Shown piece by piece: positions 25,794 through 30,930 of a stretch of DNA of 30,930 bases; within the stretch, counting starts at the first letter, position 1; each line of letters starts with the position of its first letter. Under the pieces are notes generated by a model that worked only from the letters and a program-made list of their open reading frames with translations, was not told the DNA's origin and made no database searches. Origin of the DNA: an uncultured Nitrosopumilaceae archaeon. GTDB taxonomy: Archaea; Thermoproteota; Nitrososphaeria; Nitrososphaerales; Nitrosopumilaceae. The stretch lies in contig CAYSWR010000001.1 in the NCBI GenBank assembly GCA_964434855.1, positions 6,630 to 37,559 of the forward strand. Reading direction: 5' to 3'. The position numbers were made by a program, and so were the translations under genes.

Positions 25794-26175
25794 ATTTCTA
25801 AAATCACAGAAGATCCTAAGACTCGCTACTATAGACAAAAGAGGCATGCCGCATATTGTTCCTGTATGGTATTTGTACAAAGACGGTATTTTTTATGTTG
25901 GAACTAACACTTCTACTAAAAAAGCAAAGAATGTAAAGAAAAATCCCAAAGTTAGTTTTTGCGTGGATGCAGGAATTCGTTCACCGATATTTGGAGTGAT
26001 GGGAAGAGGAGTTGCCAAATTAATTTTGAATAAGAAAATTGTTTCAAGTATAACCAAGAAAATTTTATTAAGATATTTTAGTAGTTTGAATAATAATTCT
26101 GCGCAGGAACTTCTTGCTCAGACAGATTGTATTATAAAGATCACGCCAAAAAAAATCACAGTGTGGGAGTTTTAA
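25780..26175 (+). CDS. Pyridoxamine 5'-phosphate oxidase (PPOX)-family flavin/deazaflavin-binding protein
   Basis: LRLATIDKRGMPHIVPVWYLYKDGIFYVGT..KKAKNVKKNPKVSFCVD is the classic split-barrel PPOX N-terminal pattern. Confidence 0.75.
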   Translation: MRQDKFLKSQKILRLATIDKRGMPHIVPVWYLYKDGIFYVGTNTSTKKAKNVKKNPKVSFCVDAGIRSPIFGVMGRGVAKLILNKKIVSSITKKILLRYFSSLNNNSAQELLAQTDCIIKITPKKITVWEF

Positions 26176-27344
26176 GCCACAAATTCTTCAATTTTGTCAA
26201 GTGCTGGTTCTAATACACTAATTTCTGGTAAGAAGACCATCCTAAAATGTCCACTGCCATATTGGGTTCCAAAGCCTGAACCATGTACTGCCAAGATACC
26301 TTTTGATTTTAAAAGATCTATAACAAATTCCTTATCAGATGAATATTTTGTACTCTCAATCTTTGGAAATGCGTAGAAGGCACCTTTTGGAATTGAGCAG
26401 CTAAGTCCATTCATGCCGTTTAACCTTTTGATTACATAGTCTCTTCTCTTTTTTAATTGAGAAACAAATTCTGAAATGTAATTTTGTGGACCTACAAGTG
26501 ATTCCAATGCAGCGTGTTGAACTGGTAAATTAGATGCAATTCTAACTCTGGCAAGCTTTGGTATGTTTTCACGAAGGAGTTCAAGTCTTTTTGAATTGTT
26601 AAATGCGATATAACCAATTCGCCAACCAGACATAAGATGTACCTTTGAAAAACCATTTACTAGTATGACTGGAGAATCACCACTGACTTTACCTATTCCA
26701 ACAAACTTTTCATCAAAAACTATCTGATCATATATCTCATCACAGATAACATATAGATCATGTTCAACTGCAATGCTTATTAGATCTCTTAATGATTTTT
26801 CGTTAAAGACTGCACCCGTTGGGTTGTTTGGGCTAATAAGACATATTGCAACAGTTTTTGATGTGATTTTTGATTTGATATCATCAAGATCTGGTGTGGA
26901 GTTGGTCAGATCTACTGAGAATTCTATTGGAACTCCTCCAAATAATCTGACATAAGAAGCGTATGGTGGATAGTATGGTCCTGGAATCAGAACCTCATCA
27001 CCAGATTCCACTATAGAAGCCATTAACATTTCAAGGCCTTCTGAGACTCCGTTTGTTACTATGATATCATCTTCTGAAACAGAAAGACCCTTTGCTTTTT
27101 CTTTTTGTGCAATAGCATTTCGAAGTTCTGGTAGTCCTTCTGATGCAGCATAATAATTCTGCCCTTTTTTTATTGCGTTGATGAATGCATCTTTAACATT
27201 TTCTGGTGGTTGAAATCCATACTGTACTGGATCACCAATGTTAAGATATGTTATCTTATGGCCTTCTTTTTCCAGTTTTCTTGCAACTAGTGCAATATCA
27301 CGTATAGCATATTCCACACCTGCAACTCTTTTTGATATTTTCAA
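26172..27344 (-). CDS. Class I/II PLP-dependent aminotransferase (aspartate/alanine aminotransferase-like)
   Basis: NPTG, DEIY and the PLP-lysine region NGFSKVHLMSGWRIGY, with a C-terminal R in GHFRMVF. TTG start. Confidence 0.85.
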   Translation of the reverse strand: MKISKRVAGVEYAIRDIALVARKLEKEGHKITYLNIGDPVQYGFQPPENVKDAFINAIKKGQNYYAASEGLPELRNAIAQKEKAKGLSVSEDDIIVTNGVSEGLEMLMASIVESGDEVLIPGPYYPPYASYVRLFGGVPIEFSVDLTNSTPDLDDIKSKITSKTVAICLISPNNPTGAVFNEKSLRDLISIAVEHDLYVICDEIYDQIVFDEKFVGIGKVSGDSPVILVNGFSKVHLMSGWRIGYIAFNNSKRLELLRENIPKLARVRIASNLPVQHAALESLVGPQNYISEFVSQLKKRRDYVIKRLNGMNGLSCSIPKGAFYAFPKIESTKYSSDKEFVIDLLKSKGILAVHGSGFGTQYGSGHFRMVFLPEISVLEPALDKIEEFVA

Positions 27345-27387
27345 TTATCTAGACAGATATTTAGCCCCGTTAAATTCTTACTTGATC

Positions 27388-27462
27388 GGACCCGTTGCAT
27401 AGCCAGGATAGTGCGGGTGGCTTCGGACCACCAGGTCGAGGGTTCGAATCCCTCCGGGCCCT
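27388..27462 (+). tRNA. tRNA-Arg (anticodon UCG)
   Basis: Hand-folded cloverleaf. The D stem is GCAT/GTGC. The anticodon arm is GGTGG-CTTCGGA-CCACC and the T arm is GAGGG-TTCGAAT-CCCTC. The acceptor stem GGACCCG/CGGGCCC contains one A3-C70 mismatch. Confidence 0.8.
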
Positions 27463-27516
27463 TAATTTTAGATCATTCAATGTAGATTTAAGACATAGCA
27501 TGAGAAATTAGAAGAC

Positions 27517-28011
27517 ATGCAAAGATATTCATCATTTAAAATTGGTATTACTTTAGTTGTTATTGCTTCTATATGGATATGGGTTTTGTTTTCAGCCAGT
27601 GAAAAAGTATCATCAAGTACAAAATTAAATGCAAAGGAAATAACCACACTTGATTTGTATTTAACAAAAAATGGGCTTGGATATTATACTATTACAATTC
27701 CAGAATATGCCAAGCATGTACTTTTTGTACAGATACTAGATCCTTATGGGAATGTTATAGCAGATAAAAAAATTGAAACTAAAATGAGTGTAGATTATTT
27801 CAGGTTTTTGGACACTGGTAAGTATACCATGGAGATAACCAATTTTTCTGAAGAACCAATCTCAATAGAGGCAAGTCTTGGGGATACCACTACATCTCAA
27901 TTAATGATTCCTGCAATTATTGCGTTTTTTGGAGCTATTATTATTGTATATTCAGGGTATAGAAAATTGAGTGATCATAGTACTGCGCAACCAGAAGAGA
28001 ACATCTCATAA
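27517..28011 (+). CDS. Hypothetical membrane protein with an N-terminal TM, an extracytoplasmic beta-rich domain and a C-terminal TM
   Basis: TMs are IGITLVVIASIWIWVLF and LMIPAIIAFFGAIIIVYSGY. The A/T box 'gatttaagac' lies 22 nt upstream of the ATG. Confidence 0.55.
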   Translation: MQRYSSFKIGITLVVIASIWIWVLFSASEKVSSSTKLNAKEITTLDLYLTKNGLGYYTITIPEYAKHVLFVQILDPYGNVIADKKIETKMSVDYFRFLDTGKYTMEITNFSEEPISIEASLGDTTTSQLMIPAIIAFFGAIIIVYSGYRKLSDHSTAQPEENIS

Positions 28012-28568
28012 ACCGGTATACACAATACTATAGCACCAAAAAGAAGAGTTAGGTTAAATCCGATCCATACTGCAGAAAGAAGAACAGATAAAATAGCAAT
28101 TGGTATTAATTTTCTAACATTTTGGCTGTTGGTTTGTGACAGAACTATAAAACCACCAAATGCACTTAACAAAAGACCTGATTCAAGTACAAGATGAGAG
28201 ATGCTTACAACGCCGTCAATGCCGAATATATTGTGTGAAATCAAGTCTGCATAACCTGCTGTGACCTGCAATGATGTTCCAATGATAAGAATTTTCAGTC
28301 CTTTTTTAATTGATGTATTTTGTGGATTTATAATCAAAATAATTGAACCTAAGATTGCAGAACATGTAATCATCCCAACACCTGCATACACTGCAACATG
28401 TTGAATTGTCCAAAATAGCTCAGGTTCACGCATAAGATGTGATGTTGCATCCCATATACCAGCTAAAAGCTCAACAACAGTTCCTGATACAGCAAGAATA
28501 GAAATTGTATTGATTATAGACTTCCTATTTGAAATTAACGTATTTGAAAATGCATTTGAAAGTTTCAT
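27975..28568 (-). CDS. Hypothetical polytopic membrane protein with a duplicated AGxxDxxSH-x12-H motif
   Basis: About 5 TM segments. AGIWDATSH-x12-H (residues 36-57) and AGYADLISH-x12-H (residues 104-125) recur 68 residues apart. The 'ctctatataatg' box lies 22 nt upstream. Confidence 0.6.
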   Translation of the reverse strand: MKLSNAFSNTLISNRKSIINTISILAVSGTVVELLAGIWDATSHLMREPELFWTIQHVAVYAGVGMITCSAILGSIILIINPQNTSIKKGLKILIIGTSLQVTAGYADLISHNIFGIDGVVSISHLVLESGLLLSAFGGFIVLSQTNSQNVRKLIPIAILSVLLSAVWIGFNLTLLFGAIVLCIPVYEMFSSGCAVL

Positions 28569-28618
28569 CAGAATAAAATTAATTATACAACATTATATAG
28601 AGTGTTGTCTTGAAAAGT

Positions 28619-28939
28619 TTAGCTCTGACTTTCTTGAGCACGTACATATGCAATAGCTTTTTTCATTTCAAGTGCACGCTCAAACAAGATCTTTCTTACT
28701 TCTATCAATTCAGATGCAGTCATACTTCGCTTTTGTGATTCAAAGAACAATTCTGCAAATCCCCCTGTCACATATCCAACAAATATTCCAAAGGCCACTT
28801 CGACATCATCTTTAGTAAGCGGTTTCAAGTCATACGCCATATTTCTCATCTGTTGAGGATTTACCATTAGGTTGTCTATTAGTTGCTGAAGTGTATCCTT
28901 TAGTTCTACGGTAAGTACCATAATTTTTGTAAGTATCAT
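28619..28939 (-). CDS. Hypothetical helical 106-aa protein
   Basis: Clean ORF, co-oriented with and 50 nt upstream of the His-motif membrane protein. It has a central hydrophobic stretch (VAFGIFVGYVTGGFAELFF). I recognise no motif. Confidence 0.45.
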   Translation of the reverse strand: MILTKIMVLTVELKDTLQQLIDNLMVNPQQMRNMAYDLKPLTKDDVEVAFGIFVGYVTGGFAELFFESQKRSMTASELIEVRKILFERALEMKKAIAYVRAQESQS

Positions 28940-29035
28940 TTACAAAAGAACCTTACCAGATCAGATCATATGACAAAATTTCGATCTTTTTTGACTGGTG
29001 TAATAATTATTATACCTCATGAGAGAAGAGATTTT

Positions 29036-29275
29036 ATGAGTCCTGGAATAGGCCTGATGAAAAGAAGACTCCCAACTGAGAAAGAAGCTGTTCCCTTAGC
29101 TGTCTCTGGGATAATAAAACAATACGGTGTTGCAGCAGAACAGGTTAAGACACTTGAAACAAAATATGATGAAGATGAGGGAGACTGGTATGTCGCCCTT
29201 GGCTTTAATGGAAAAAGAGCCATTGTTAAAATGGATTCCGTACAGGGAACAATAATAGAAATTAAAGAAATTTAG
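29036..29275 (+). CDS. PepSY-like mini-protein (79 aa)
   Basis: EAVPLAVSGIIKQYG..VKTLETKYDEDEGDWYVALGFNGKRAIVKMDSVQGTIIEI follows the PepSY pattern (helix, then a beta-hairpin with an acidic turn, then ..D..tG.i.e). The start is set at 29036 because 'aataattattatac' lies 20 nt upstream. The ORF-track start at 28970 has no such box. Confidence 0.45.
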   Translation: MSPGIGLMKRRLPTEKEAVPLAVSGIIKQYGVAAEQVKTLETKYDEDEGDWYVALGFNGKRAIVKMDSVQGTIIEIKEI

Positions 29276-29290
29276 TAAGAATGTTGGATT

Positions 29291-29920
29291 TTATCTCTTA
29301 AACTGCACATTAGATACTTCGGATTCGCCAATCATAACTAGTCCCCCATCACGTAGCTGCTGAATAAGCTGTATCACTTCTTTTTCTACCTGTCCTCTTT
29401 GAAGGCCAGTTATTTGTGCAAATGCATCCACAAGATCTGTTATTTTTCGTTGTCCGTTGCACAATTTCCAAAAATCAATAATTGCTTGGTTTACCATAAA
29501 TCCCTGTTCATGTTCATTCATCAATACCAACGAACCATCTTCTTGTTTTACAACAGAACCTACTCCTTGCGGCATTGCAGTTTCATAATTTATTGGTGTG
29601 ATTGTTTTTTGTTTGTCATAGTTTATCAGCTTCTTGCCTGCTTCAGACATTTTTTCTGGAGTCCAGACAGGCTCCCAAACTATTTCAATATTAACGCCAT
29701 TTACTCCAGGGACTTTGTTAACGTATCTTTTTACATCATTGACTAATGTATCATGTAAAGGACAACCGCGTGTTGTCATAGTCATTTTAATATCTATTTT
29801 ATTGTCAGCACTTACATCAACTCCGTAAATTAATCCCATGTCTACAACATTGATTGGAATTTCAGGGTCCATGCATTGTTTTAGAGAGTCTAGAATTTGT
29901 TGTGAGGTTACTGTACCCAT
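29291..29920 (-). CDS. Fusion protein: N-terminal DUF59/MIP18/SufT-like Fe-S assembly domain plus C-terminal PqqD-like (RRE-type) domain
   Basis: Residues ~5-98 (DPEIPINVVDMGLIY...MTMTTRGCPLHD...IEIVWEPVWTPEKMS) match the DUF59 signature, including the conserved Cys. Residues ~120-197 (LVLMNEHEQGFMVNQAIIDFWKLCNGQRKITDLVDAFAQITGLQRGQVEKEVIQLIQQLRDGGLV) follow the PqqD winged-helix pattern. Confidence 0.65.
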   Translation of the reverse strand: MGTVTSQQILDSLKQCMDPEIPINVVDMGLIYGVDVSADNKIDIKMTMTTRGCPLHDTLVNDVKRYVNKVPGVNGVNIEIVWEPVWTPEKMSEAGKKLINYDKQKTITPINYETAMPQGVGSVVKQEDGSLVLMNEHEQGFMVNQAIIDFWKLCNGQRKITDLVDAFAQITGLQRGQVEKEVIQLIQQLRDGGLVMIGESEVSNVQFKR

Positions 29921-29953
29921 AAAATGGGTTCATTCACGTATGAAATAAATACC

Positions 29954-30930
29954 TTACATCTTTGATTTGAACAACTTTTTGATAGATTCTTCAAAAGGCT
30001 GTTTTGCAATTCCTTCTTCTGTTATGATTCCTGTGATTAGCTCAGGAGGAGTCATATCAAACGCTGGATTTATGACGCCTATATCATCTGGAGCGGTTTT
30101 TCTATCTCCTATTTGTGTGACCTCAGTTGCTTTTCTTTGTTCAATGATTACGTCTCCAGGATTACTTTTCAGATCAAAAGTAGAGAGAGGAGCAGCCACA
30201 TAGAATGGTATGTTGTGTTGTTTTGCCATCATAGCTACTTGATATGTTCCTATTTTGTTGTAGACGTGACCTGTGCGCAAAATCCTGTCTGCGCCTACTA
30301 TTACTTTGTTTACCAAGCCCTTTACCATAACATATCCTACTGCGGTATCTGGAATTAAGCTGACATCTATACCGTCATGTTTCAGTTCAAAGGTAGTAAG
30401 TCGAGAGCCTTGCATTACTGGTCTTGTTTCAGTAGCTATGACTTTGATCTTTTTACCACTTTCTTTTGTTGCACGTATAACTCCTAACGCTGTCCCATAT
30501 CCCACCGTAGCAAGTGCACCAGCATTACAATGAGTCATTATTGTATCGTTGTTTTCAAACAAAGCTGCACCATGTTTTCCCATCTTCATGTTGGTCTCTA
30601 TGTCTTCTTCTGCCATTTTTTTTGCAGTTCGAATTATTGATTTTTTTATTTCAGAAACATCATTGGATTCATTTGCAACCTTCATTATTTTATCAAGACC
30701 CCATGCGAGATTTACGGCAGTTGGCCTAGTTTCAAAGAGAGTTTTTCTTGCCTTTTCTAGATCTTTTAATAGTGTTTTCTTTGTTTTTGCCTTGCTTTGT
30801 AGTGCAGCTAAAGCTAATCCAAAAGCGCCTGAAACTCCTATAGCTGGAGCACCTCTAACCACTAAAGTTTTGATTGCATTTGCTACATCCTTGTAATCAG
30901 TGTATTTTACAAAGACAAGCTTGTTTGGTA
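29954..30930 (-). CDS. mtnA: Methylthioribose-1-phosphate isomerase-like protein (MtnA / eIF-2B alpha-beta-delta family), 5'-truncated by the window edge
   Basis: The frame stays open beyond the GTG at 30862 (..PNKLVFVKYTDYKDVANAIKTLVVRGAPAIGV..). HCNAGALATVGYGTALGVIRA and GADRI motifs (catalytic Cys and Asp) are MtnA-type. Confidence 0.8.
   Translation of the reverse strand, partial: PNKLVFVKYTDYKDVANAIKTLVVRGAPAIGVSGAFGLALAALQSKAKTKKTLLKDLEKARKTLFETRPTAVNLAWGLDKIMKVANESNDVSEIKKSIIRTAKKMAEEDIETNMKMGKHGAALFENNDTIMTHCNAGALATVGYGTALGVIRATKESGKKIKVIATETRPVMQGSRLTTFELKHDGIDVSLIPDTAVGYVMVKGLVNKVIVGADRILRTGHVYNKIGTYQVAMMAKQHNIPFYVAAPLSTFDLKSNPGDVIIEQRKATEVTQIGDRKTAPDDIGVINPAFDMTPPELITGIITEEGIAKQPFEESIKKLFKSKM

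Noticed and set aside
25547-25807. 86-aa - strand ORF competing with the 77-aa + strand small membrane ORF
   Set aside because: Its translation lacks coherent hydrophobic segments, and it opposes the fno-PPOX transcription direction. The + strand ORF was retained, but only at low confidence.
27463-29290. Possible integrated element or genomic island downstream of tRNA-Arg(UCG), and likewise next to tRNA-His at 4491..4703
   Set aside because: There is no integrase, no direct repeat of the tRNA 3' end that I could find by eye, and no visible compositional shift. The genes look like resident envelope proteins rather than mobile cargo.
29399-30896. + strand ORFs (29399..29746, 29634..29828, 30113..30358, 30273..30533, 30549..30896) opposite the DUF59-PqqD and mtnA genes
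   Set aside because: They are shadow ORFs inside genes with strong family signatures on the - strand.
1-30930. CRISPR arrays, tandem repeats, IS elements, rRNA and riboswitches
   Set aside because: Reading through all spacers showed none longer than about 210 bp and no repeated units. The only GC-rich structured segments are the three tRNAs. An exhaustive repeat search was not possible by eye.
29954-30930. Alternative call as translation initiation factor eIF-2B subunit or ribose-1,5-bisphosphate isomerase
   Set aside because: The HCNAGALAT...GYGTALGVIRA and GADRI motifs match the MtnA-type active site (Cys/Asp) as I recall it, and archaea lack a true eIF-2B function. Distinguishing MtnA from R15P isomerase still needs a phylogenetic or profile check, so the call is worded as MtnA-like.

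Overview
This is an AT-rich, tightly packed archaeal chromosomal segment with about 40 genes, three tRNAs and mostly 20-100 bp spacers. I found no rRNA, CRISPR array, transposase, integrase or long repeat. The recognisable proteins are KEOPS Kae1 and Bud32, Taw1/TYW1, archaeosine tRNA-guanine transglycosylase, Fap7, a beta-CASP RNase, OGG1-type glycosylase, NADPH:F420 reductase, and a Tat-Rieske / cytochrome b / cupredoxin operon. Together with the low GC, these suggest a Nitrosopumilus-like ammonia-oxidising archaeon (Nitrososphaerota/Thaumarchaeota). That assignment is inferred from motifs I read by eye, not from a database hit. The left half (1-15.7 kb) is dominated by translation, tRNA-modification and RNA/DNA-maintenance genes. 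The middle (16.1-24.1 kb) carries the copper-dependent complex III operon, followed directly upstream by a cell-surface module. That module is a ~1400-aa, C-terminally anchored subtilase with a tripeptidyl-peptidase-II-like Asp-to-His insertion, plus a coiled-coil surface protein. The right end (27.5-29.9 kb) holds a cluster of uncharacterised genes. It includes a polytopic membrane protein with an internally duplicated AGxxDxxSH-x12-H motif, a PepSY-like mini-protein, and an unusual fusion of a DUF59/SufT-like Fe-S assembly domain to a PqqD-like peptide-binding domain. These right-end genes and the surface protease module are the best candidates for undescribed biology. Everything else looks like conserved core genome. 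All calls rest on hand translation and motif recognition, and none has been checked by search or computation.
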